Shown here piece after piece: positions 1 to 10,300 of a stretch of 64,000 nucleotides of DNA. The notes beneath the pieces were generated by a model. It was given only the letters and a program-made list of their open reading frames with translations. It searched no databases and was not told the origin of the DNA. This DNA comes from Histomonas meleagridis 2922-C6/04-290x. Taxonomy: Eukaryota > Protista > Parabasalia. The translations under genes were made by a program, and so were the position numbers. Every line of letters starts with the position of its first letter. Positions within the stretch are counted from its first letter, which is position 1. Location: assembly GCA_020184695.1 (NCBI GenBank), contig JAANOX010000238.1:496001-560000 (forward strand), in the 5' to 3' direction.

Positions 1-1006
1 TTTCAGTGAGTTTTTCTTCCGCATATTTAAGATCGTCTGTTACCAATAGGTTGTCGAATATTGACCCTGGCGTTTTTTGATAAACTTCAATCCCAAAATA
101 TGAAAGATCATCAAAAACACCAAAGCCTTTATCTTCAATGTGACTAGGATTTTTAATCATTCTTGGCGTCCACTCGCCCATATAATTTGGGTTTTTAATT
201 AACTTTGGAGACCATTTGCCTTTGTAATCAGGGTTAACGGTCTTCGGAGTACCCCGTTGACCGTTAATATTTTCATCAAAATTAGGAATTTCCAAAATTT
301 TTGGATTTGGGATCTCTTGATCATCCCAATCATTTGGATCAGGTATAAATTCTCTGTTATCCCAATTTTCTGGAATTGATTCTTCAAGATCAGGAATATA
401 TTCTGGACCACCTAATTCAAAATCTGTAGTTAAATTACCAAAAAGAGATTTTTTACCATCGAGACGAATTTCATAGCTTTGATTTGCAAATATAATAAGC
501 GTATATGAGTGTGTAAGTTCATCATTATATGGTTCAAGAATTTTATGGTTATCGTAATAAGTACCATTTCTATTAATAATAAACGTTAATTTGTCTTTGT
601 TTGGTTTGCATAAATCTGGTCCAAACATAACGGAATATTGTGATTTTGAACCGAAACGAAATGGTTGAAGTGACGAACTAAGAAGTTTAACATATCCGCC
701 TGAACATTCGTAGCCATTTTCAAATTTGATTGTAAATTGTAGAATAAAATCTTTTCCTGAGGTGTTAAAAGATTCTTTAAATTTTGATGAAATTTGATAA
801 CTTGCAGAAGAATCTATTGTTTGAATTCCCTTTTGAGCGGATTGGTTTCCATAATAAGAACCTGAGGTTAACCTGAAAGTTCCAATTTCGCCGCGAGTTG
901 AATGTGCTTTACTTTGCACCCATCGTTGTTCCCAATCATCGTCATCAAAATTTTCCTCGAAATATATATTTGATTCAATCACTTGCAGTAAAAAGAGGAA
1001 AAACAT
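1..1006 (-). CDS. CALR: Calreticulin/calnexin-family ER chaperone, 3' end runs off the window
   Basis: Absent from the ORF track (no stop in window). Hand translation from ATG at 1006 is open to base 1: signal peptide MFFLFLLQVIES, YFEENFDDDDWEQRWV, ECSGGYVKLL, VMFGPDLC, P-domain repeats (IPDPNDWDD, NPDYKGKW, NPNYMGEW), GIEVYQ..GSIFDNLLVTDD. Confidence 0.92.
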   Translation of the reverse strand, partial: MFFLFLLQVIESNIYFEENFDDDDWEQRWVQSKAHSTRGEIGTFRLTSGSYYGNQSAQKGIQTIDSSASYQISSKFKESFNTSGKDFILQFTIKFENGYECSGGYVKLLSSSLQPFRFGSKSQYSVMFGPDLCKPNKDKLTFIINRNGTYYDNHKILEPYNDELTHSYTLIIFANQSYEIRLDGKKSLFGNLTTDFELGGPEYIPDLEESIPENWDNREFIPDPNDWDDQEIPNPKILEIPNFDENINGQRGTPKTVNPDYKGKWSPKLIKNPNYMGEWTPRMIKNPSHIEDKGFGVFDDLSYFGIEVYQKTPGSIFDNLLVTDDLKYAEEKLTE

Positions 1007-1033
1007 TTGTTTAGCCAGAAAAAACGTTTAAAT

Positions 1034-1039
1034 AACCGT
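1034..1039 (-). promoter_or_regulatory. M3/Myb-like core promoter element (ACGGTT) upstream of calreticulin
   Basis: RCSGTT hexamer ~28 bp upstream of the ATG. The same motif lies upstream of other ATGs (42803-42808, 52215-52220, 63647-63652). Confidence 0.4.
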
Positions 1040-1349
1040 TCTTGCACCAGATCGAATCTTCAAAGACATTTGTTCACAACAATATTTGAAATCATTTTTG
1101 ATTTTACTTGATAACTTATTTGTTGTACTATTATGTAATTACTTAGTCATAAGAAAATTCAAAAATAAGAATAATGAAAATTAATTTGAAATACCTATTT
1201 CATGAATTTTCATTAAAACTCATGAATTAGACATAACTGTTGCATGTGTTTTATGTTAGTATTTTAAAAGAAACTAGTTGTTATTCATTGTTTCAAAAGG
1301 AGAAATGCTCTATGAAAATTAACGTATTAAAATGAACGTTTAGGAATTT

Positions 1350-4300
1350 ATGGATCAAAAGAGCGATGAACTTAATAAAGCAGCATCTAATGAAATTGAA
1401 TCATTAAAAAAGAAGATCAGAGGTTTGGAGGAAAAACTTGCAACGCAAAATGATGGAACTCAAGTTAGTCGTTCTGATTATGAAGCACTTGAGCAACGAT
1501 TAAAAGCTGAACAAGATGATCATATTCTAGTTGTTCATGCTTATCGTGATATTGAATCTCGACTTCAAGATGCCAACAAAAAAATTGAACAATATAAGCA
1601 AGACATCAAGTCATTAAAACGCACCTCATCAAAAGATAATTCCATTGATGAAGACAAAAACAACATAATCAAACAACAGACTCAAGAAATTGAAAGACTT
1701 GAATCATTAAATGTCAAACATCGGCAAGATGTTCTTGATTTCATCTCCGAAAAGAAGAAACTTACAGACATGAACAGGCGACTTGAATCCCATATTAGCG
1801 ATGTCGATAGTGCACTTGTTCAAATGATGGAACGTAACAAAGAGCTTGCAAAATCACTTCAAGAATCGGAAAATCGAAATTTAATTCTTGAAAACGAACT
1901 TAAAGCTCAATATAAAAACACTCACCAACTTGAACGAGAGATCTCCAAACTTAAATATAGTGAAAGGAGGAACACGAATGCGTTTTCTATTTCACGGCTT
2001 GACACAATTGAAAGTAATTATGCAGATGCAAAACAAAAGTTAATTTTAGCGAGTAACACGATAAATGAACTTAAGCTAAGAATAAGTAATCTTGAAAAAG
2101 AAGAAAAACGTGCAGCGCAATTACAGATCGAACTTGATAAAAAGAAATTAATAATCCAAACGTTACAAGAAAGATATGATCAATCCGAAATGGAATTAGA
2201 ATCATATCGAAGTTCTGCTGAAGAGTTCCGATTACAAATCGATGAATATCGTGACAAAATACAGAAAATGATGGACGACTTTGAAGAGAAAACTAATGCA
2301 ATGAAAATCGAAGTTGAATATTATCGAAAACGAACGGAGAAAACATTTAAAGAAAACACGAAACTTGAAGAAAAAATTTTCGAATCAAACAAAGAAATGC
2401 AAACCTTAAAAGATCAATTAGATCAATATCTTTCAGGGAATTATGGATTAGAACAAGCAGTTAATGAAATGCGGCAATTAAAGACAATGATATCAGTACG
2501 TGATGCGCAAATCGCTGATATGATATTAGAACATAATTGGTATGAGAAAGTTATTAATGGACTTGAATCGATTTTACCACCTACATTTGACTTTAAAAAG
2601 TTTTTTGATAAAATAGAAAAAGAAGGAATTGAAGAGCAACAAAAAAACATCGAAAAACAAGCATTAGAATTACTTCATAAATGTATTGCACAACAACAAA
2701 ATGCGCCAATTGGAGAAGTCAAAATAATATTAGGATCAAATAGAGGCCATAAGAAGACACTTGTAGTTGTAAATGATATTAATGGTGAAACACAAGTACT
2801 TCCACAAAAAGAAAAAGTATTAGATAATAATTCACAAAGTACTATAATTAATGACCCAACACAACCAAATATTTCATATATATCTTTAAATTCTTATTCG
2901 GATTATAGTTCGACTGATAACGATGAATCATTTTCTGATTCTGAAGAATTTTCATTCGAACATGAATCAGAAATATTACAAAAGAAGAAAATCAAAAAAG
3001 AACGGAAAAAACAACAAAAACATCAACAACAAAAAATAGAACAAATTTCATTAATTGATATTCCGCATGTTGATCATTCATTTGTTAATGTCGAATGTCA
3101 AACAGAAGGAAATAATGAAACTGTAAAACTTCAAGAATCCGAATCAGAAACGGAAAATAAGTTCGGAGAAGATCAATGGATTCGTGAATTAAGATATAAA
3201 TATCAAAACTTAAGAAAAGAGAAAAATTCTCTTATAACACAAATAGAAAATATGCAAAAAGAATTAGAAGAAAAGAATAACGAAGTTAAAACATCTAAAG
3301 CTAAAACAGAAGAACTTTTAAATGAAATTGATAAAATGAAAACAATAAAAAAACAAATTGTTAAACCGAATATACCATCAATAAATATAAACAAAGTAAT
3401 ATCTGATGAAGAACATTTCTCTTCTTCAAGTAGTGCGAGAACACCAAGAAATAAAACAACAACAATTAATCAAACACTTGATGAACCTATTAAACAAGAA
3501 TTAAATAATAAACAAATTCAAGTTTATCAACCAAATGTTTCATTAAAATTATCCGATATAATAAACAATTTCGAACAATTTAAAATTTCGAATTTTAATT
3601 TCTTTCATAATTCGAACGATGAAATATTACTTCCAACAAAAGAAGAAATCGAAAAAATTGAAACAGAAAAAAATAATATTAAAACAGAACTTGAAAATTT
3701 ACAAAAAAAAGCTTCCGAATCAGAAATAGAAATTGAAGAACAAAAACGTAAAATATCTCAAAAAGAACAAATGTTAAAAGAATTACAAAGTACAATTGAT
3801 AACTTAGAAACCCAATTAAAAGAACAACGAATTTCATTCCAAAACAAAATAAAGAAAATGAACAAACAAAACGAAAAAGTATTTCAAGCTCGACTTAAAG
3901 AAGAACTTGAACTCAACAAAATAAATAACAATAACATAAACATAAACAATAATAATAATAATAATAATAATTCTGATAATCAATTATCAGAAGTTTCATC
4001 ACGTTTAAGAAGATTAAATGAAATTAAAAACCAATTGACAAATGATTTACAAGAATCTCAAGAAACAATAAAATTCTTTCAATCACAAAACGAAAGACTT
4101 CGACAACAAATTCTTATTCTCGAAGATGAAAACAATCAAATGAAAGAAAAAGAAATGAATAACTTGAGACATCAATCATTACAACAATATTCATCAACAA
4201 TAAAAGAAAAATTTGTCGCGTTACAAAAGAAATATAAAAAATTACAAACAGAATATGAAAACATCAAAAAATTAAACGCAGAGAAAATCGATACAAAACA

Positions 4301-4583
4301 AACTTCGCTTTTGACTGTCGAGAAATCTGTTGATTCACTTTCGACTCCTGAAATAGATCAAAACTCCGCAAAGTTAAAATCGGCTCAAGTGAAAATCGAA
4401 ACATTGAAAACTCAAAACGAAGAAATGCAACTCAGACTCGGAAAAGCAAATGCAACAATAGAAAGACTAAACCAGTTGTTGCAGAGAAAGGAATCGCAGC
4501 TTACGTCGCTGCAAGAACAGGCATCGAAGATGAAGCACATGTTGGAAAGAGCGAAGAACTCGCGGCCATCATCCAGACATTGA
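1350..4583 (+). CDS. Long coiled-coil protein, CEP290-like (ciliary transition zone), 1077 aa
   Basis: Heptad-rich throughout. YLSGNYGLEQAVNEMRQLKTMISVRDAQI resembles the conserved CEP290 block YESGVYGLEDAVVEIKNCKNQIKIRDREI (recalled, not searched). Poly-Asn tract near 3920-3970. Confidence 0.6.
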   Translation: MDQKSDELNKAASNEIESLKKKIRGLEEKLATQNDGTQVSRSDYEALEQRLKAEQDDHILVVHAYRDIESRLQDANKKIEQYKQDIKSLKRTSSKDNSIDEDKNNIIKQQTQEIERLESLNVKHRQDVLDFISEKKKLTDMNRRLESHISDVDSALVQMMERNKELAKSLQESENRNLILENELKAQYKNTHQLEREISKLKYSERRNTNAFSISRLDTIESNYADAKQKLILASNTINELKLRISNLEKEEKRAAQLQIELDKKKLIIQTLQERYDQSEMELESYRSSAEEFRLQIDEYRDKIQKMMDDFEEKTNAMKIEVEYYRKRTEKTFKENTKLEEKIFESNKEMQTLKDQLDQYLSGNYGLEQAVNEMRQLKTMISVRDAQIADMILEHNWYEKVINGLESILPPTFDFKKFFDKIEKEGIEEQQKNIEKQALELLHKCIAQQQNAPIGEVKIILGSNRGHKKTLVVVNDINGETQVLPQKEKVLDNNSQSTIINDPTQPNISYISLNSYSDYSSTDNDESFSDSEEFSFEHESEILQKKKIKKERKKQQKHQQQKIEQISLIDIPHVDHSFVNVECQTEGNNETVKLQESESETENKFGEDQWIRELRYKYQNLRKEKNSLITQIENMQKELEEKNNEVKTSKAKTEELLNEIDKMKTIKKQIVKPNIPSININKVISDEEHFSSSSSARTPRNKTTTINQTLDEPIKQELNNKQIQVYQPNVSLKLSDIINNFEQFKISNFNFFHNSNDEILLPTKEEIEKIETEKNNIKTELENLQKKASESEIEIEEQKRKISQKEQMLKELQSTIDNLETQLKEQRISFQNKIKKMNKQNEKVFQARLKEELELNKINNNNININNNNNNNNNSDNQLSEVSSRLRRLNEIKNQLTNDLQESQETIKFFQSQNERLRQQILILEDENNQMKEKEMNNLRHQSLQQYSSTIKEKFVALQKKYKKLQTEYENIKKLNAEKIDTKQTSLLTVEKSVDSLSTPEIDQNSAKLKSAQVKIETLKTQNEEMQLRLGKANATIERLNQLLQRKESQLTSLQEQASKMKHMLERAKNSRPSSRH

Positions 4584-4929
4584 CATATTTATTTTTGTTT
4601 TTATCATGAATAAATTATATTAAATCAACTTTGTATGAATGTGTAAATGGTTAAATTGTTCAGTAATAAGAAATAATTTTTTGTAATTAGAAATATGAAT
4701 AATTGTTCGAAAAATAAATAAAATAATAAAAAGTTGTCAAGAAAATAAAACTTTAGAATTGATGAAAAACATAATGTAATTGCTCAACAAGGACAAAATC
4801 TAAAGGACAGTAATTTTTTATAACCAGAATTTCTTGAAAAAACGATAGATCAATTTGAATGAATTTACGACTGTAAAAGCCGCCTTCTGTAAATTCAAAA
4901 GATGCCATTGAAATGATTTCATATAGAAA

Positions 4930-6180
4930 ATGTCCGAAGAACCACCTCCACCACCGCCTCCACCTCCCCCTCCACCACCACCTCCCCCTCCACCACCATC
5001 AAAATCTAAACCAGTCAAACTTCCCACAATTGCCTCAGGCGGTTTGTCATTATCAGATATCGCAAGCGGAGGAGTGAAACTTAAACATGTCGACGCACCA
5101 GCAGAAAAACCCGTCGGTGCGCCTGAGCCTAAAGCATTAGACCCGTTCCAAGCAGCACTTGCCGCAAGATTAGAAAAAAGAAGAGCAAACGCAGAAAAAG
5201 GAGGTCCAACACTCAACCTCGAGCGAAAATACGAGAAAAAACAAGAAGAGCCACGTCAGATGGTACAATTAAGAAAGACTGGAGGACCCAAGCAAGAAAC
5301 TCGAGAACCGCCAAAGCAACCTGCGCCTTCAGGACCAGCGTTCCCACAACTCCGTAAAGTTCCACAGTCACCAGCAGCACCACCTCCAAAACCACAGCCA
5401 CAAGCGCCAAGTCATCCTGCGCTTAGAAAAGTCGAACCAACAAACGCTCAAAAACAAGCAGAAGAGCAAAGGCGTAAAGCAGAAGAACAACATAAGGCAG
5501 AAGAGCAAAGGCGTAAGGCAGAAGAGCAAAGACGTAAGGCAGAAGAGCAACGCAAAGCAGAACAGCAAAGATTAGAAGCACAACGTAAAGCCGAGGAGCA
5601 AAGAAAAGCTGAGGAACAGCGCCGTAAAGCAGAAGAACAACGTAAGGCAGAAGAGCAAAGGCGTAAGGCAGAAGAGCAACGCAAAGCAGAACAGCAAAGA
5701 TTAGAAGCACAACGTAAAGCTGAAGAGCAAAGGCGCAAGGCCGAGGAACAAAGAAAAGCTGAGGAGCAGCGCCGTAAAGCAGAAGAACAACGTAAGGCAG
5801 AAGAGCAAAGACGTAAAGCAGAAGAACAAAGAAAGGCCGAAGAGCAAAGGCGCAAGGCCGAGGAGCAAAGAAAAGCTGAGGAGCAGCGTCGTAAAGCAGA
5901 AGAACAACGTAAGGCAGAAGAGCAGAGACGCAAAGCTGAGGAACAAAGAAAAGCAGAAGAGCAAAGGCGTAAAGCTGAAGAGCAAAGGAGAGCAGAACAA
6001 CAGAGAGCACAAGCTCAGCGCCAGCAGCCAAAGGCTAACTCAGCTGATGCATACCAATCAGTTCGCCCCGGTTATGATCCAAATGTTCACGCATCTGGTG
6101 ATGGCGATACTGAAATGCTCGTACAGCTCAATATGGACAACGTTGCTAAGTTTATGAACGTTCTCAATCAAAGAAAGTAG
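4930..6180 (+). CDS. Poly-proline / WH2-motif / charged single-alpha-helix protein (WIP/verprolin-like actin regulator), 416 aa
   Basis: 19 consecutive Pro (4942-4998); WH2-like LSDIASGGVKLKHV plus QLRKTG, QLRKV and ALRKV motifs; ~185 aa of KAEEQR(R) repeats. Confidence 0.7.
   Translation: MSEEPPPPPPPPPPPPPPPPPPPSKSKPVKLPTIASGGLSLSDIASGGVKLKHVDAPAEKPVGAPEPKALDPFQAALAARLEKRRANAEKGGPTLNLERKYEKKQEEPRQMVQLRKTGGPKQETREPPKQPAPSGPAFPQLRKVPQSPAAPPPKPQPQAPSHPALRKVEPTNAQKQAEEQRRKAEEQHKAEEQRRKAEEQRRKAEEQRKAEQQRLEAQRKAEEQRKAEEQRRKAEEQRKAEEQRRKAEEQRKAEQQRLEAQRKAEEQRRKAEEQRKAEEQRRKAEEQRKAEEQRRKAEEQRKAEEQRRKAEEQRKAEEQRRKAEEQRKAEEQRRKAEEQRKAEEQRRKAEEQRRAEQQRAQAQRQQPKANSADAYQSVRPGYDPNVHASGDGDTEMLVQLNMDNVAKFMNVLNQRK
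5455..6005 (+). repeat. Coding tandem repeat of 18/21-bp units (KAEEQR / KAEEQRR) with two KAEQQRLEAQR variants
   Basis: Units such as AAAGCAGAAGAGCAAAGGCGT are directly visible; synonymous positions vary between units. Confidence 0.95.
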
Positions 6181-6357
6181 ATTAAACTTCGGATCCAGCG
6201 CAGAAGAAGAAATGCTTTGGATTCACTGGTGAAATTCACAATTTTGATTTGATTTTTCAAAACTTATCGGCTGATAATTGAATGTATCGCAAATTTCTAA
6301 CAGCGGTTTTATGAGAAAAGTGAAATTTGTGTACTTTACTTTTGTGAATGGTACAGT

Positions 6358-7317
6358 TTATTTAACATTCGGCTTATTGGCTTCGAGCTTTTCTTTCAGT
6401 TGTTGGAGTGTCTTTTGTATAGACCTGTATTCAGGTACATCAACTTCTGTACTTGCTTCAAGTCTCGCAATAGTAACAACAGATTCTAATGTTACTTTGA
6501 TTTCTTCTTCTGTAGCAAATGGGTTTTGAAGAAGCTTAAAGAAGTTTAAAACAGCTTCGTTAAATCTCGATTTTGAACTCGACTCAGAAAGGAAATCGGA
6601 AGCTTTTTTGAGTAGATCCATCTTGCTAAGAAATGAACCTGAGGACATGCGCTCGCTCTCCAACAATGCTTGTTTTTCAAAAATTATTTTTTTGGTATTC
6701 GATTTAATATCTTCGAACATTTGCTTCATGTCATTATTGGCGTCATCTATAGCTTGCGCAAATTCGGCATATTGGGCGTGCTCGTGCTCTTCACGCTCAT
6801 GAAGCACTTTTTCTTCTGTCGATGATAAATATCGATCTTCATATGAAAGATTTAAAGTTTTAAGTTTTTCGAAATATGAGTCTAAAATTGAAGTTGCTTG
6901 TTCAGAATTAAGCTCGCTATTTGATGATATATTATCAAAAGAAATCTGAACATTATCTAAAAAGTTTTGCATATCTGTGTCATGAATTTGCTTTTCAAGT
7001 TTTGTGTTTTGATCATTTGCAATGGAGATCTGTGATTGGAGAAAATAATACAATGAATCATTTGAAGCATCAAGAAAAGATGAACCAGGTTTCTCTAATG
7101 AAGAAACGGCATCACTTAGGAAAAGAATTTGATCTTCTAATCTTTGCATTTTAAGTGTAGTCTGGTTGTAATCAAGAATTAATTTTCCAACATCTAAAAG
7201 TTGAGAAAATTCATTTCGTAGTTCTGATATTTCAATGTGTAGTTTATTGATTTTATCTCTGCGTTGTTGTTTTTTCATATAAAAAGAGGAAACTGGAGTT
7301 ATTGCATTTCCTCTCAT
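6358..7317 (-). CDS. Hypothetical alpha-helical/coiled-coil protein
   Basis: Track ORF starts at a TTG (7416); the first ATGs are at 7317 and 7278. About 310 aa open with helical composition; no motif recognised. Confidence 0.6.
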   Translation of the reverse strand: MRGNAITPVSSFYMKKQQRRDKINKLHIEISELRNEFSQLLDVGKLILDYNQTTLKMQRLEDQILFLSDAVSSLEKPGSSFLDASNDSLYYFLQSQISIANDQNTKLEKQIHDTDMQNFLDNVQISFDNISSNSELNSEQATSILDSYFEKLKTLNLSYEDRYLSSTEEKVLHEREEHEHAQYAEFAQAIDDANNDMKQMFEDIKSNTKKIIFEKQALLESERMSSGSFLSKMDLLKKASDFLSESSSKSRFNEAVLNFFKLLQNPFATEEEIKVTLESVVTIARLEASTEVDVPEYRSIQKTLQQLKEKLEANKPNVK

Positions 7318-7379
7318 TTCCAAACAATAATAAACGGCCTGTTTTACAAAAAAGTGTATTTTTTCTTGTTTGACAATAA

Positions 7380-10300
7380 TATATTGATACAAATCAAAAA
7401 AATGTATTATTGCCAAATGGTACTACGATCGATAAAGGAAAAATGAATATTATAGCTATCTTTGATTCACAAAATGGTTTTTCAAATCGTTATCGATTAC
7501 CTTCATCACTTATATTTTCGTCAATTTATCATATTGTTTTTAATCCTTCTGAAGATGATATATCTAAAATCATTGCAAAACAATTTTCTTTATTTTGCAA
7601 AAGAATAAGAAAAACCAAAAATGTACACAACAACTTCAAACACTTTATTCAACTCAAATTCAACAAATTATTTTTTATAAAGAAAAAATCTCACTTTGGA
7701 TTTTTATTTTAAGACTTATTTCACCAATTAATATAATTACTTTAGATTTCAATAGATCAACAAAAACAAATGAAATAATTTATGAAAAATTATGTAAGTC
7801 TATATATTTAGAAATAAATGATAGATTGAGATGTAGAAAGAAAATTGGAACTAAATGGATAAATCTTTTATTATCAACAGTACCTCCTGAATTTATTGAT
7901 CAAGATATAGGATTATTACATGAGTTTTGGCGTTCATTATCTAACGATAATATGAAATTAAATGAAGTTTTAACTCAGCAAAAAATTGATGGAATTCAAA
8001 TGTTTGTTGATAAAATTGTAAATATAACTTTTAATGATGATTTCATGAAAATATTATCAATTCTGCATTAAATTCCCAAAACGATAGTTTGAAATTTATA
8101 AATGATCCAAATACTTTTAAACAAGAAATTATAAACTTAAACACAAAAAATAAATTTAATGAAACAAAAAATAAAGAAGAGACAATTAAATTAAAAGATA
8201 TCCTTGAAAAACAGAAAAATGCTTTTCCTAAATTTATTAATGAATTGGAAGAAATTATAAATAAAGTTATGGATGAAAAAAAAGAATATTTTCAAAATGA
8301 AAGGAACAAAAAAATTGAAGAATTAAAGAAAAAATTATCAAGATATCAGGAAATATTTGAAAGATTAGATGATTTTAATCTAGAAGATATTAAAAAAGCC
8401 AAGATCAAAATAAAAAATTGTTGTCAACAAAGTGATAAATTATTCGATAAAAATCCTTCTAAAGCTAAACCAAATTTTTATGGCTCATTTGATCTTATTC
8501 CTGTTTCACTTCAGTGCTATTATCCAATAGCTGAAAATATTAATTTTGAGGAATTCTTTCCACTTGAATTTGTTTATAAAAGTGTTCCACAACTTTTTTT
8601 TGGTTCATGTACACACAATGAATTTATAAAACTTCTTAACGAATTAAATCAAAAAATGATATTAATGGAAGAATTATTTGACGCGTTTGAAAATGTAGAA
8701 AAATTGGAAATACACATTTTTGATATACCAAAGTATTATCTAAATGTGCAACAAATATTTTTAAAAATGATCTAAATGTAAAATTTTCAGATTCTTCTAT
8801 TTGTAATACTGAAACTCAAAATAAAGTTTCCATTCTTCATCAAATTTTAAATCAATTAATTTTATATGTTAATGATTTTAATAAAAATATTATCAATAAT
8901 ATTGAAAAATATTGGAATGATGTTTATCAAAATAAATTACCAAATATGTTTTCTATTCCTTATAAAATTCCATTTCCTTCATTAAAATCAGAACAAAGTA
9001 TTCCATCATTTAGAAATATTGTTGATTCTAATTTCTTTTCTATTCCTATTTTAAGTGTTTCTTCGAAGAAAATTATATGTTGTTTTAAGTCACTTAATTG
9101 TTCAATTGGTCCAATAATACCATCATTATATGATGGAAAAATTTTTATTAATTTTATTTCATTTATTGATAAACCATTTTCTATATATGTTGAAACTAAT
9201 CAAAATGAATATTCAAATATTTTCTTTCCTCGTCATGATATTAAACAAGGAGAAGTTGTACAACTTCCAGTATCATTTCCTTCACTTATAAACAATGATA
9301 AAACAGAAATTGAAATTCAAACAAATATTCATTTTACATCACATACTTATAATGAATTAATACTTCCATGTAAATTTAATTTTAATCTTGTTCCATTAGC
9401 ATTACTTATTAAGTGTGAAGAATATGATTTATCTTATCAAGATGGAAAATATCATTTATGTTGCCAAAAAGCTTTTACTTGTTCAACAATTACATTTAAA
9501 ATCAAAAATTATTATCTCGAAGAAAAAATGAATTATGAAACAAGTATCGAAAGTCTTGATGGTAATACATCAGATAAACCACAAATAGAACCAAATAAAG
9601 ATCAAGTAACGATTAAACTTCCTTCAGCATCTGAATTATCTCGATTCCATTGTAATTTTTATTTAAAGTTTTCATCAAATTTAGAAATCTCTATTCATAT
9701 GGATTTAATATTAATTCCATTTGATTTCAAATTTGAAATTTATGATTTTTCAAAGAAAAGTTTTTCGGAGAAAGAGGTTACATTATATTATTCGGAGAAA
9801 GTCAAAAGATTCACATTGTACTTTAGCATTTCATGTGATCCACATATCAAAGAACAAATAGTCACATTTGATTCATTTTTACCTGATGGAACTATATTAC
9901 ATAATATTCCCAAAATAAAAATAAAAGGAAAATATGATTTTGAGATTATAATTGATGTATGTTCTAAAGAGTTAAAAAATTCCAAGATGAAATACAATTT
10001 TAGAATTGAATCTAATAATATAATAAAAGAAATAAAAATTAATTTCCTTGAAGCACCAAAAAATATATACAACACGAGGACATCCTCTAATAAAAAAGGA
10101 ATGAGACCTATAAATCAAATATTAAATAATGAAATAATTCAAAAATTCCCAATGTTAGCATATGATTATATTAAAGAAAAATGGGAAAATATTGAATTAT
10201 TATATCAACAAAATTCAACAAAAATGATATTAACAGATATAATTACTCCTTTTGATTATTTACCTTACACTAATCCAATGATTTCTTATGATGAAAATAA

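Noticed and set aside
199-411. 70-aa track ORF
   Set aside because: It is an alternative frame inside the calreticulin CDS.
5455-6005. CRISPR-like or other non-coding repeat array
   Set aside because: The units are in-frame codon repeats with synonymous variation and no unique spacers, in a eukaryotic context.
4818-6031. Several long antisense ORFs (4818-5216, 5368-5568, 5423-6031, 5448-5933, 5701-6012)
   Set aside because: They are shadows of the poly-Pro and KAEEQRR repeats, which lack stops on the opposite strand.
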